Below, one piece after another: positions 53,236 through 63,111 of a stretch of DNA of 64,000 nucleotides. This DNA comes from Candidatus Latescibacterota bacterium (lineage in GTDB: Bacteria > Latescibacterota > UBA2968 > UBA8231), in the NCBI GenBank assembly GCA_965206595.1, contig OZ242214.1:6752001-6816000 (forward strand), given 5' to 3'. Both the position numbers and the translations under genes were made by a program. Position 1 is the first letter of the stretch. Each line of letters starts with the position of its first letter. Under the pieces are notes generated by a model, which saw only the letters and a list, made by a program, of their open reading frames with translations, ran no database searches and was not told where the DNA came from.

Positions 53236-53997
53236 CTACATGGTCATTCCCCCGTCGACGGTCAGCACGTGACCGGTGATGTAAGCCGCTTCTTCGGAAG
53301 CGAGAAAGGCGACCGAGGCGGCGACATCATCCGCGGAACCGGGGCGCCCGAGCGGTACATGCGACAGCAGCTGCTTGACCGCTTCTTCCCCGAGGTCGGT
53401 GGTCATGCCGGTGTCCGGGACCAGCCCCGGGGCCACGGCGTTGACGGTGATGTTTCGCGGTGCGAGCTCCCGCGCCAGGCTCTTCGTGAATCCGAGCAGG
53501 CCGGCCTTCGAGGCGGCGTAGTTCGGCTGCCCCGCGTTGCCGGCGATGCCGACGACGGAGGAGATGTTGATGATGCGGCCCTCCCGTGCCTTCATCATCG
53601 ACCGCGCCGCGGCCTTGCAGCAGAGGAAAGCCCCCTTGAGGTTGACCTCCAGCACCGCGTCCCAGTCGGCCTCCTGCAACCTCAAGGTGAGGTTGTCCCG
53701 GGCGATGCCGGCGTTGTTGACGAGAATGTTCAAGGCGCCGAATTCGGCGATGGTCGCCGCAACAAGGTCCTTCACCTGGCCGGCGTCGGAGACATCGACG
53801 CCCCGCGACAGGCTGCCGACCCCGGAGTGGGCGATCTCTGCGGCGGTTGCGGCCGCGGCCTCTTCGTTGCGGGCGCACACCGCCACGTTGGCCCCCTCGG
53901 AGGCAAGCCGCAGCGCAATGGCGCGCCCGATACCCCGGGACCCGCCGGTAACCAGTGCCGACCTTCCCCTCAGCCTGCCGTTTCCGTTCTCAGCCAT
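53236..53997 (-). CDS. fabG: 3-oxoacyl-ACP reductase
   Basis: 'TGGSRGIG', 'NNAGI.RD', 'YAASKAG'. Confidence 0.96.
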   Translation of the reverse strand: MAENGNGRLRGRSALVTGGSRGIGRAIALRLASEGANVAVCARNEEAAAATAAEIAHSGVGSLSRGVDVSDAGQVKDLVAATIAEFGALNILVNNAGIARDNLTLRLQEADWDAVLEVNLKGAFLCCKAAARSMMKAREGRIINISSVVGIAGNAGQPNYAASKAGLLGFTKSLARELAPRNITVNAVAPGLVPDTGMTTDLGEEAVKQLLSHVPLGRPGSADDVAASVAFLASEEAAYITGHVLTVDGGMTM

Positions 53998-54940
53998 CTC
54001 TCCGTGCCTCGGCGAATTTGCCCGTGAGGTTCTCGATCTCCACCGCGGTGCCGGCGGCGAAAACGGTCATCTTCCTTTCGATGCGTCGCACCAGGCCTCG
54101 GAGAACGCTGCCCGGCCCGACCTCGGCGGCCGCGGCGATGCCCCGGGCGGCGATCGCCTTGACGCACTCCGTCCAGCGCACCGGCGCCAGAATCTGCTCC
54201 AGCAGCTGACGCCGCAAGTCGCCGACGTCTTCCGTCGCCTGCGCAGACGCGTTGGCCACCACAGGCACTGCCGGCCTGCGCATCTCGACCTCCCGCAGGC
54301 GAGCGCTCATCTCGTCGGCAGCCGATTTCATGAGCCTGGAATGGAACCCCCCGCTGACCTCGAGTGGCACCACCCGGCTGGCCCCGGCGGGTCCGGCGGC
54401 TTCGCATACCGCGGCGACGGCGCCCGCCGTCCCCGAGACGACCACCTGTCCGGGGGCGTTGAAGTTCGCCGGAACCGCGTCCCCATCCGGCGCCGCCTCC
54501 GCGCACAGCCGGGCGACCTGACTGTCGTCGAGACCGATGATGGCCGCCATGGTTCCGGGGTGCCGCTCGCCGGCCTCCTGCATCAGGCGGCCGCGTTCCC
54601 TCACCAGTCCGACGGCAGTGGGGAAATCGAAAACCCCGGCCGCGGTCAGGGCGGAGTATTCCCCCAGGCTGTGACCTGCTGCGCAGGCAGGCTCGACCCC
54701 CTGTTGCGCCAGGACCTCCGCGGCGGCTACGCTGTGTACGAAAACTGCCGGCTGAGTGACCGCGGTCTGCTCGAGCTCCTCAGGCGGCCCTTCGAAACAG
54801 ATGCGCCGCAGCGGCAGCGACAGGACCTCTTCCGCCTCTTCGAAACGCGCCCGGGCGATCGGGTACAGTTCGCAGAGGTCGCGACCCATCCCCACGGCCT
54901 GTGAAGCCTGACCCGGAAACAGGAATGCGAGAACGGCCAT
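53990..54940 (-). CDS. fabD: Malonyl-CoA:ACP transacylase
   Basis: 'FPGQASQ', 'GHSLGEY', 'VSGGFHS'. Confidence 0.96.
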   Translation of the reverse strand: MAVLAFLFPGQASQAVGMGRDLCELYPIARARFEEAEEVLSLPLRRICFEGPPEELEQTAVTQPAVFVHSVAAAEVLAQQGVEPACAAGHSLGEYSALTAAGVFDFPTAVGLVRERGRLMQEAGERHPGTMAAIIGLDDSQVARLCAEAAPDGDAVPANFNAPGQVVVSGTAGAVAAVCEAAGPAGASRVVPLEVSGGFHSRLMKSAADEMSARLREVEMRRPAVPVVANASAQATEDVGDLRRQLLEQILAPVRWTECVKAIAARGIAAAAEVGPGSVLRGLVRRIERKMTVFAAGTAVEIENLTGKFAEARRDG

Positions 54941-54949
54941 CGTGGAAAA

Positions 54950-55981
54950 TCAGAGCGTCCATCGCAGCAGGGCGCTGCCCCAGGTGAGGCCGCCGCCGAC
55001 CGCGGTGAGCTGCACAAGGTCGCCGCGCTTCACTCTGCCCTTCTCAACCGCCTCCGAGAGGGCGATCGGCACGGTTGCCGCGGTCGTGTTGGCGTAGCGC
55101 TCGATGTTGACCATCACCTTCTCCATCGGCATGCCCATGCGCTCCGCAGTGGCCGTTATGATGCGCAGATTCGCCTGGTGGGGTACGAACAGCGCCAGGT
55201 CGTCGACGCCGAACCCGTTGCGCTCGAGCAGATTCAGGGAGACCTCGGCCATCCTCATGACCGCGAACTTGTAGACCGCCTTGCCGTCCTGGTGCACGAA
55301 GTGAAGGCGCCCGTCGACCGATTCCCGGGAAGCCGGGTGCAGGCTGCCGCCGCCAGGCATGTACAGGTCCGCGCACCCCGAGCCGTCGCAGTGCAGCTCG
55401 AAATCGATAAGCCCCTCCTCCTCCGAGGGCTCGAGCAGCACCCCGCCGGCTCCGTCACCGAACAGCACGCAGGTCGAGCGGTCCTGGTCATCGGTAATAG
55501 CGCTCATCTTGTCGGCGCCGATGACCAGCACCTTTTCGTGGGCTCCCGATTCGATGAACTGGGCTCCTGCGACCACGGCGTAGACGAACCCGGCGCAGGC
55601 AGCGGAGAGATCGTAGCCCCAGGCGCTCCGAGCCCCGATGCGGTCCTGAACGAGGCAGGCGGTGGCGGGAAAGACCATGTCCGGGGTGATCGTCGCGACG
55701 ATGATAAGGTCGAGATCCCCGGGGTCGAGATCACGCTTCGCGAGGATGCTCCGCGCCACCTCGGTGGCCATGTGAGAGGTGGGCAGAGCGTCGAGGATGC
55801 GGCGCTCGGCGATTCCGGTGCGCTCGCGAATCCAGCCATCGGAGGTATCTACCGTCTCGGCGATCTCGGAGTTGGTAACGACTCGGTCTGGCAGGTAGCG
55901 TTCGACAGCCGTCACCGCGGCGCAACGCCCGATGCGCCGGGAGCACTTCTCGCCTCGCGTCGGCAGCGGCTGTCCGGGCAA
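54950..55981 (-). CDS. fabH: 3-oxoacyl-ACP synthase III
   Basis: 'AACAGF', 'LFGDGAG', 'PHQANLRI', 'YANT'; start uncertain. Confidence 0.95.
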   Translation of the reverse strand: MPGQPLPTRGEKCSRRIGRCAAVTAVERYLPDRVVTNSEIAETVDTSDGWIRERTGIAERRILDALPTSHMATEVARSILAKRDLDPGDLDLIIVATITPDMVFPATACLVQDRIGARSAWGYDLSAACAGFVYAVVAGAQFIESGAHEKVLVIGADKMSAITDDQDRSTCVLFGDGAGGVLLEPSEEEGLIDFELHCDGSGCADLYMPGGGSLHPASRESVDGRLHFVHQDGKAVYKFAVMRMAEVSLNLLERNGFGVDDLALFVPHQANLRIITATAERMGMPMEKVMVNIERYANTTAATVPIALSEAVEKGRVKRGDLVQLTAVGGGLTWGSALLRWTL

Positions 55982-56164
55982 TCAGACCTCTGGCTCGGCG
56001 TACTCGCGTCCCCGGTAGAAGCCGCAACTCCTGCAGATCCGATGGGGCCTCGCCGGCTGCCCGCAGTTCGTGCATAGGGCCAGCGCGGGACGGCGCAGCT
56101 TCCAGTGCGTCCGCCTCTTGTCCCGGCGCGTGCGGGATATCCGTCTCTTGGGTACTGCTGCCAC
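55982..56164 (-). CDS. rpmF: 50S ribosomal protein L32
   Basis: 'AVPKRRISRTRRDKRR', CxxC...CxxC. Confidence 0.96.
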   Translation of the reverse strand: MAAVPKRRISRTRRDKRRTHWKLRRPALALCTNCGQPARPHRICRSCGFYRGREYAEPEV

Positions 56165-56179
56165 GGGATTCCTCCGTAT

Positions 56180-56758
56180 CTACGTATTTCGCGATTGTTG
56201 CGCCGCCAGCCCTGCCAGGGCCTCCCAGCGCGGATCGGTCCACTCCTGGGAGCAGCCGCACTCACCTGCGTTGAGATCCTGTCCGCAGCTCGAGCAGAGC
56301 CCCTTGCAGTCCTCGCGGCAGTATACTCTCATCGGCAGCTCGAGGGCGACGGCGTCGCGCACCCGGCCGGTGAGGTCGACAACCTTCGCTCCCGGGTCGA
56401 CGATCTCGACATCCTCCTCCTCCGCGGTTGCCTCCAAGAGGTCGGCGGTAGCCTCCCGGCGCTGGATCAGCACCTTCACCTCGGCCTCGAGGGGCTGTCG
56501 CACCGCCGCCAGACAGCGACAGCACTCACCGTTGACCTCGAAAGCGACCGTCCCCTTGACGGTGAATGTCTGCAGGAAACGCTGCACCGCGAGCCGCACC
56601 CAGACCAAGGGCGAAAAGTCCAGGTTCCGGTCCCTGAGGTCGAGCGCCGCTGCAGGCAGCGGAGTTTCGAGCTCGGTCCAGCCTTCCTCGAAGTCGTCGA
56701 GAACGAGGTGGGCGGCATTGGTATCCGTCCGCCTGCGGTCTGTTCCTTTTGAGACCAT
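56180..56758 (-). CDS. YceD/DUF177 family protein
   Basis: 'CCRCL', 'CREDCKGLC..CG', 'DPRWEAL'; directly upstream of rpmF. Confidence 0.92.
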   Translation of the reverse strand: MVSKGTDRRRTDTNAAHLVLDDFEEGWTELETPLPAAALDLRDRNLDFSPLVWVRLAVQRFLQTFTVKGTVAFEVNGECCRCLAAVRQPLEAEVKVLIQRREATADLLEATAEEEDVEIVDPGAKVVDLTGRVRDAVALELPMRVYCREDCKGLCSSCGQDLNAGECGCSQEWTDPRWEALAGLAAQQSRNT

Positions 56759-56766
56759 TGCCCATG

Positions 56767-57171
56767 CTAACCGAAGAAAAAGCCGATCTCTCTGGTTGCG
56801 TTCTCGAGCGAATCCGAGGCGTGCACGGCATTGCATTGCACGTCGGTGCCGAAGTCGCGTCGGATGGTCCCCGGGGCGGCCTTGGCGCTGTCGGTCTCGC
56901 CGATGAATGCGCGCAGGTGGGCGACGGCGTTGTCGCGTTCGAGCACGACCGGGACGATGCTGCCGGAGGTCATGAATTCCACCAGCTCCCCGAAAAAAGG
57001 GCGCTCCTTGTGGATGTCGTAGAATTCAGCGGCTCGTTCACGGGAAAGTCGCGACATTTCGAGAGCGCGGATCGAAAACCCCTCCGCTTCGAGGCGCGCA
57101 AGGATCCGGCCTGTTGCGGCTTTGCCCACGGCGTCCGGCTTTACGATCAACAAGGTCCGCTCGCTGGCCAC
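56767..57171 (-). CDS. ndk: Nucleoside diphosphate kinase
   Basis: 'ERTLLIVKPDAV', 'PGTIR', 'NAVHASDS'. Confidence 0.97.
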   Translation of the reverse strand: MASERTLLIVKPDAVGKAATGRILARLEAEGFSIRALEMSRLSRERAAEFYDIHKERPFFGELVEFMTSGSIVPVVLERDNAVAHLRAFIGETDSAKAAPGTIRRDFGTDVQCNAVHASDSLENATREIGFFFG

Positions 57172-57331
57172 GTTCGTTTCTCTTTCAGGTCGCCGCTTAG
57201 CTGTCCATGCACAAAAAAGCGGCCGGCGATAACCCCCTTCCGGCCGCGGGCAAGTCGTTCAATTTAGGAGCTGTCAGGGCACCTGTCAATCTCCGTTGAC
57301 AGGGTGATGGCTGCCCGGTAGATTGCGCCCG

Positions 57332-58678
57332 ATGCGACATCCTTGGCTGGAAGAAGAGGGTAAAGCCATCCGCGACCCGGTTTGGGGGTACATCCACACT
57401 CCCGAGCCGCTCCTCGCCCTGATCGACACCGAGGAGTTCCAGCGCCTGCGCAACATCACCCAGCTCGGGTTCGTCCACCTCGTCTACCCTGGAGCGCGCC
57501 ACTCCCGCTTCGAGCACTCCCTCGGGGTCTACCACCTCGCCAAGCAGTTCCTCGCCCGCCTGGTCCGGTCCGAGCCGCCCCTCGAGCTCGCCGATGAGGA
57601 CGTTCGCGTCTTTCTCGCCGCGACGCTGCTTCACGACATCGGGCATTACCCCTTCTCGCACACCCTCGAGGAACTGATGCCGTTCTTCGTCGACCACGAA
57701 AAGCACGCGCGCCGGATCATTGAAAAGGATTCGGGCAGCGTCAGCCGGGTCCTGCAGGAGGAGGTCGGCGTCGATCCGCGCAGGGTGGCGAACGTCATCG
57801 ATTACAAGGCCAAGGACCGCGAGATCCCCGCCCGGGACCTGTTGTTGGCGAACATCCTCAGCGGCACCCTCGATCCGGACAAGATCGACTACCTGCTGCG
57901 CGATTCCCTGTTCTGCGGCGTCCCCTTCGGGGAGAGCGTCAACAGGGACCGGCTGATATCGGCGATCAAGTACGACCCGCGGCGGCGGCGGCTGGCCATC
58001 ACCAGCAAGGGGGTTTCCGCGGTCGAGTCGTTGGTGTTCACGAACTACCAGATGTACCGGAACGTCTACTGGCACCACACCGTTCGCGCTGCCACGGCGA
58101 TGTTCAAGCGCTCCCTGCAGGACGTCCTGGTCCATCCCGAATGCAACATCGCGCACGACGACTTCCACGGCGTTACCGAAGGGGAGCTGATCCGGATGCT
58201 GAGGGCTGAGCAAGAGCGCCTCGGGCTCGAGGGCGCCGCCGTCCTTTTGCAGGGGATCGTGCAGCGCCGGCTCTACAAGGTGGCCAGCTTCATCTTCCCG
58301 GGAGAGCGCAAGCAGCGGCTTCTCCACTACCTCTACGATCTCTACCAGCACCCCGACAAGCGGCGACTGAAGGAAATCGAGCTCAGCCGGCTCTTCGGCG
58401 ACCGCCTGACCCGGCGCATGAACGGCAGCGAAATCCTGATCGACATCCCCCGTTTCGACAAAAGCCCCGAGGTCGATCTCAAGGTCTTTTACGGCGACGA
58501 GACCCCCAGCGGCAAGGCGGACCCGTTGGCTTTCGAAGATCCCGAAGTGTCCCGGCTGCGGGAGTCCCTTCTCGACAACTTCGAAGACCAGGCGAAGATC
58601 TTCCGCATCTTCTGTGTCGAGGAGGCCGACCTGCTAGCCGTCGCCAGGGACCAGGTGAAACGACATCTCAACATATAG
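57332..58678 (+). CDS. HD-domain phosphohydrolase (dNTPase/SAMHD1-like family)
   Basis: 'RDPVWG', 'QRLR.I.QLG', 'HSRFEHSLG', 'LLHDIGHYPFSH', 'DPDKIDYLLRD'. Confidence 0.92.
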   Translation: MRHPWLEEEGKAIRDPVWGYIHTPEPLLALIDTEEFQRLRNITQLGFVHLVYPGARHSRFEHSLGVYHLAKQFLARLVRSEPPLELADEDVRVFLAATLLHDIGHYPFSHTLEELMPFFVDHEKHARRIIEKDSGSVSRVLQEEVGVDPRRVANVIDYKAKDREIPARDLLLANILSGTLDPDKIDYLLRDSLFCGVPFGESVNRDRLISAIKYDPRRRRLAITSKGVSAVESLVFTNYQMYRNVYWHHTVRAATAMFKRSLQDVLVHPECNIAHDDFHGVTEGELIRMLRAEQERLGLEGAAVLLQGIVQRRLYKVASFIFPGERKQRLLHYLYDLYQHPDKRRLKEIELSRLFGDRLTRRMNGSEILIDIPRFDKSPEVDLKVFYGDETPSGKADPLAFEDPEVSRLRESLLDNFEDQAKIFRIFCVEEADLLAVARDQVKRHLNI

Positions 58679-58823
58679 TGCATGCGCGCGCAGTTCCGTA
58701 TGAATTCGCCGCTTACTTATCCGCGCAGGCACTCGGCGCACTATACCCTTAAATCGCAGTCCCGCAATCCAGACCGCCTTTCCCGGCGGTCCGTTACATT
58801 CGATTGACACAAGCACGCTTTCC

Positions 58824-60023
58824 ATGGGCTATCCGGAAGTCACGCTCCGCCGCAACAGCGAACGCCTGCTGATCAGGGGGCACCCCTGGGTGTACAGCGG
58901 CGCCGTGGCCGCGGCCCCACCTGTCGCCCCGGGCGAAATCGTCGACCTGTGCGACTTCCGATCGCGGTTTGTCGCTCGCGGCTACTACAACCCCCACTCG
59001 ACCATCGCCGTCCGCGTGCTGACCAGGGACCGGGATTGCCCCATCGACCGCGGTTTCCTGACCCGGGCGATCCGCCGGTCGGTCCTGCTGCGCCGCGGCA
59101 ACCCGGAGCTGGCGGCGAGCTCCGACGCCGTCCGTCTCGTCCACGGGGAAAACGACGGCCTGCCGGGCCTCGTCGTCGACCACTACGCCGGCTACCTCGT
59201 GGTCCAGTTCCACACCTGGGGGATGGAGCTGCTGCGCTCCGATATCGTCGAGGTCCTCGCGGAGGTGGTCGATCCCAGGGGGATCTACGAGCGCAGCGAC
59301 GTCGGCACGCGGCGCGCCGATGGCCTGAAGGACCGCCCCTCAGGCCATCTCCGGGGAGAGCAGCCGCCGCCGCTGATCGAGATCCGTGAAGGGGCAGCGC
59401 ACCTGTCGGTCGACGTCCGCCGCGGGCAGAAGACCGGTTTCTTCCTGGATCAGCGCGACAACCGGATGCTTCTCGGACGCTACGCCGCCGGCCGCTCAGC
59501 GCTCGATTGCTTCGGGTACACCGGCGGTTTCGCCGCCCACGCCGCGAAGGGGGGCGCCCGGTCCGTAGTCAGCGTCGACATCGCCAGGGACGCCGCCGCA
59601 CTCGCGGCGCGGAACATCGATGCCAACCGCGGCGATTCCCTGCGCCACTGCCAGGTCGTCGCCGACCTGTTTCCGATGCTGGAGCAGCTGTCAGAACGCG
59701 GACCCCGGTTCGACGTTGTCGTCCTCGACCCTCCCGCTCTCGTGCGCCGCAGCCGCGACGTCAAGACAGCTACCGGCGTCTACATCAAGCTCAACCGCAA
59801 CGCGATCAAGCTGGTCGTCGATGGCGGCTACCTGATGACCTCCTCCTGCTCCACCCGCATATCGCAGGAGGAGTTCTTCCAGGTCGTGCGCCGCGCCGCG
59901 GCCGGGGCGCGAGTGGATGCCAGGGTCCTGGCAAGCAACCTGCACCCCCCCGACCACCCGGTCGACCCCGCCTTTCCGGAGGGGCGCTACCTCAAGACGA
60001 TCTTGCTGAAAGTCTTTCGCTGA
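58824..60023 (+). CDS. RlmI-family rRNA methyltransferase (PUA + SAM domain)
   Basis: 'GHPWVY', 'HGENDGLPGL', 'GQKTGFFLDQRDNR', 'LDPP'. Confidence 0.92.
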   Translation: MGYPEVTLRRNSERLLIRGHPWVYSGAVAAAPPVAPGEIVDLCDFRSRFVARGYYNPHSTIAVRVLTRDRDCPIDRGFLTRAIRRSVLLRRGNPELAASSDAVRLVHGENDGLPGLVVDHYAGYLVVQFHTWGMELLRSDIVEVLAEVVDPRGIYERSDVGTRRADGLKDRPSGHLRGEQPPPLIEIREGAAHLSVDVRRGQKTGFFLDQRDNRMLLGRYAAGRSALDCFGYTGGFAAHAAKGGARSVVSVDIARDAAALAARNIDANRGDSLRHCQVVADLFPMLEQLSERGPRFDVVVLDPPALVRRSRDVKTATGVYIKLNRNAIKLVVDGGYLMTSSCSTRISQEEFFQVVRRAAAGARVDARVLASNLHPPDHPVDPAFPEGRYLKTILLKVFR

Positions 60024-60310
60024 TAAGGAGAAACGGCCCCTGTCCTTACGGCCGGTACCCTTCCTCGCCGGGGCACGGCAGCCGCCGACAGGCGGAGCAC
60101 CTCCCGCAGCCGGACTGCCCCGGCCATTCGAGTCGATAACATGACGCGAATCCGCTCCGGGGGCGGCGATCCACTGATTTTTACGGGCCGGCGAGGCCCC
60201 GAACAAGACCGGGAACCCCCCATGCGACGGAAACCGCCTGCCTGTGAAGCACGGGTTCGGGGTATCTATATTCCCAGGAGGCCACCGCGAGCAATGGACG
60301 TGGGGAGCGC

Positions 60311-62164
60311 ATGAAATCCTCGTTGCCCCAGGAGCTGCGTCTGAAGCTCGACGCGCTCCCGAACCGCCCCGGCGTCTACCTGATGAAAAACGCCGAGGGG
60401 CGATACCAGTACATCGGAAAGGCGAAAAGCCTGCGCAGCCGCGTGCGCTCCTATTTCCAGGAAAGGGCCGGCCATGGAATGCGCCGGCTCGAGGCCCTGC
60501 TGCGCAAGGTAACCGACGTCGACTACATCGTCACCGAGACCGAGCAGGAGGCGCTCGTTCTCGAGGCCAACCAGATCAAGGCGCACCGGCCTCGCTACAA
60601 CGTCCACCTCAAGGACGACAAGAAATACCCCTTCATCCGCATCACCGACGAGGAGTTCCCCCGCATCTTCGCGACCCGCGACCTCGTCCGGGACGGGTCG
60701 CGCTACCTCGGGCCGTACAGCAACGTGCGCGCCATGCACACCGCCCTCGAGGTGATGCACAAGATCTTCCCGGTGCGGAGCTGCGATTTCCAGCTCCCCT
60801 CGGACAAGGTCAAGCTCTGCCTCGAATACCAGATCCGGCGGTGCGAGGGGCCCTGCGAGGGCTTGACCGGCCGCGACGAGTACCGGCGACACATCGACCA
60901 GGCGGTGCGTTTTCTCAAGGGGAACAACGCCTCGATCGTCAGGGAGCTCGAGGCGCGCATGGAAAAGGCCGCCGCGGAACTGCGCTTCGAGGGAGCCGCC
61001 CGCTGCCGCGACCAGCTGCGGGCACTGCAGATGATGCAGCGGCGCCAGAAGGTGATGTACGACGAAGCCGTCGACCGCGACGTGATCGGTCTGGCGCGCA
61101 CCGACGACTACGCCTGCTGCGCCGTTCTCGAGGTCCGCGAAGGGCGTCTGCTCGGTCAGAAACACCACTTTCTCAGCGGTATCATCGAGCATTCCGACGC
61201 CGGGATCATGTCCGCCTTCGTGCGCCAGTTCTACCTGCAGACCGACTTCATTCCGCGCCAGGTCCACCTCAGTGTCGATGTCGAAGATGCCGGCATGATC
61301 GCCGAATGGCTGTCGGCCAAAGCCGGCGGCAAGGTGCGTCTCGCCGTGAGCCGGCGTGGCATCAAGGCCAGGGCGCAGGAGATGGCGGACGAAAACGCCG
61401 CGCATCTCCTCGAGGAGCGCAGACTGAAGCGGGAGCTGCGCAAGGGCCAGATCCCGCAGTCGGTTTCCGCCCTGCAGCGCGACCTCGGCCTGTCGCGGCC
61501 CCCGCGCCGGATCGAGGGGGTCGACATCTCCAATTTCCAGGGCACCGACAGCGTCGGGTCCGTCGTCTGCATGGTGGACGGCAAGCAGCGGCGCAGCGAA
61601 TACCGCCATTTCAGGGTGAAAGGAGTGGAAGGGCCCGACGATTTCGCCAGCGTTCGCGAGGTCGTGTTGCGCCGCTTCCGCGGCCTCGCGGAAAGGGGGG
61701 AGGAGTTCCCCGACCTGCTGATGATAGACGGCGGCATGGGGCAGCTGACCAGCGCGGTGGAGGCGTTGCGGCAGCTGGGACTCGCCGATCAGCCGGTGGT
61801 CGGCCTCGCCAAGCGACTCGAGGAGGTGTTCCTGCCCGGCGCCGGCGGCAGCCTCCTGCTGCCCAGGACCTCGGCCAGCCTGCGGCTGCTGCAGGTGCTA
61901 AGGGACGAGGCCCACCGCTTCGCCCTGGCGTATCACCGCAAGCTTCGCGGCAAACGCACCCTGACCTCGGCGCTTGATCGAATCCCGGGCATCGGCCCCA
62001 AACGAAGGACCGCGCTGCTGCAGAGGTTCGGCTCGGTGCAGCGGGTCGTCGACGCCGAGGTCGACCAGATCGCCGAGGTCAGGGGGTTCAGCCTCAAGCT
62101 CGCCCAGGATCTCAAGTCAAATCTGCAGAGCACCGGCGCGGAAACGGCGGAGGAGCGGGCATGA
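60311..62164 (+). CDS. uvrC: Excinuclease ABC subunit C
   Basis: 'PGVYLM..YIGKAKSLR.RV', 'DISN', 'IDGG.GQ', 'RDEAHRFA', HhH. Confidence 0.97.
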   Translation: MKSSLPQELRLKLDALPNRPGVYLMKNAEGRYQYIGKAKSLRSRVRSYFQERAGHGMRRLEALLRKVTDVDYIVTETEQEALVLEANQIKAHRPRYNVHLKDDKKYPFIRITDEEFPRIFATRDLVRDGSRYLGPYSNVRAMHTALEVMHKIFPVRSCDFQLPSDKVKLCLEYQIRRCEGPCEGLTGRDEYRRHIDQAVRFLKGNNASIVRELEARMEKAAAELRFEGAARCRDQLRALQMMQRRQKVMYDEAVDRDVIGLARTDDYACCAVLEVREGRLLGQKHHFLSGIIEHSDAGIMSAFVRQFYLQTDFIPRQVHLSVDVEDAGMIAEWLSAKAGGKVRLAVSRRGIKARAQEMADENAAHLLEERRLKRELRKGQIPQSVSALQRDLGLSRPPRRIEGVDISNFQGTDSVGSVVCMVDGKQRRSEYRHFRVKGVEGPDDFASVREVVLRRFRGLAERGEEFPDLLMIDGGMGQLTSAVEALRQLGLADQPVVGLAKRLEEVFLPGAGGSLLLPRTSASLRLLQVLRDEAHRFALAYHRKLRGKRTLTSALDRIPGIGPKRRTALLQRFGSVQRVVDAEVDQIAEVRGFSLKLAQDLKSNLQSTGAETAEERA

Positions 62165-63078
62165 CGAAGCCGGGAAAAGCGGCAGGAAGCGAAATTCCCC
62201 CGCCGTTCGAGAAAATGCTGGAGCGGTTCCTCGATCGGCAGCAGCTCTCCTCCGGCACCAGGGCGGCGTACCGGCGCGACCTGCAGCGCTATCTGGCCGG
62301 TCTCCACCGCTGGGGCGTTACCGACCTCAAATCGATTACAGAAGAGCTGTTGCGGCGCACCCTCGGCCAGCTCGTCGACGCGGGGTTCAGCCCCGCCACG
62401 GTTGCCCGCAACCTCAGCAGTATTCGCGGATTTCATCGCTTTCTCCTGCTAGAGGGAGTGTGCCGGTCCGATCCGACGGAAGTGCTCGAGGCGCCGGAAG
62501 TCGAACGCGGGTCGCCGCAGGTGCTGCCGGTGGAAGAGGTCGAGCGCCTCCTGAACAACGTCGCGGGCGACACCCCTCTCGAGTTGAGAAACCGCGCCAT
62601 TCTCGAGCTCCTTTACGCCGCGGGGTTGCGGGTGTCGGAGCTGATTTCGCTCGAGCGCTTCTGGCTGCAGCTCGACGAGGCCCTGGTCCGCGTCCGCGCC
62701 GGCGGGAATCCCCGCGCCGTTCCGCTCGGAAGGCAGGCGGTCATCGCCCTGCGCCGCTACGAAGAACTGGGGCGTCCCGGTCTGGTGACCGGTACCGACT
62801 GTCCCGCGTTCTTCGCCAACTCGGCGGGGGAGCCGCTGTCGCGGATGGGGGTATGGAAAATTCTCCGCGCCGCGGCCGATGCAGCCGGAATAACCCGCCG
62901 CGTCAGCCCCGCGGTGCTGCGCCACAGCTTCGCCAGCCATCTCCTCGACGGAGGGGCGCCGCTGCAGGATGTCCAACTGCTGCTCGGCCACGCCCGGATC
63001 ACTTCGACCCAGGTCTACGCACGGCGCCGGGACCACCGGCTCCTCGAGGTCCACCGCAGCTATCATCCGCGCCCTTGA
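62161..63078 (+). CDS. xerD: XerD-like tyrosine recombinase
   Basis: 'GLRVSEL', 'LRHSFASHLL', 'VQLLLGH', 'TQVY'; the first His of HxxR is replaced ('PAVLRH'). Confidence 0.75.
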   Translation: MTKPGKAAGSEIPPPFEKMLERFLDRQQLSSGTRAAYRRDLQRYLAGLHRWGVTDLKSITEELLRRTLGQLVDAGFSPATVARNLSSIRGFHRFLLLEGVCRSDPTEVLEAPEVERGSPQVLPVEEVERLLNNVAGDTPLELRNRAILELLYAAGLRVSELISLERFWLQLDEALVRVRAGGNPRAVPLGRQAVIALRRYEELGRPGLVTGTDCPAFFANSAGEPLSRMGVWKILRAAADAAGITRRVSPAVLRHSFASHLLDGGAPLQDVQLLLGHARITSTQVYARRRDHRLLEVHRSYHPRP

Positions 63079-63111
63079 CGGGAGCGGATTGGGGAGTCCC
63101 CGGGGCCGGCC

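Noticed and set aside
62161-63078. Tyrosine recombinase as a prophage or island integrase
   Set aside because: It is coupled to uvrC and followed by ecfT-truA in a housekeeping operon, with no att sites or cargo.
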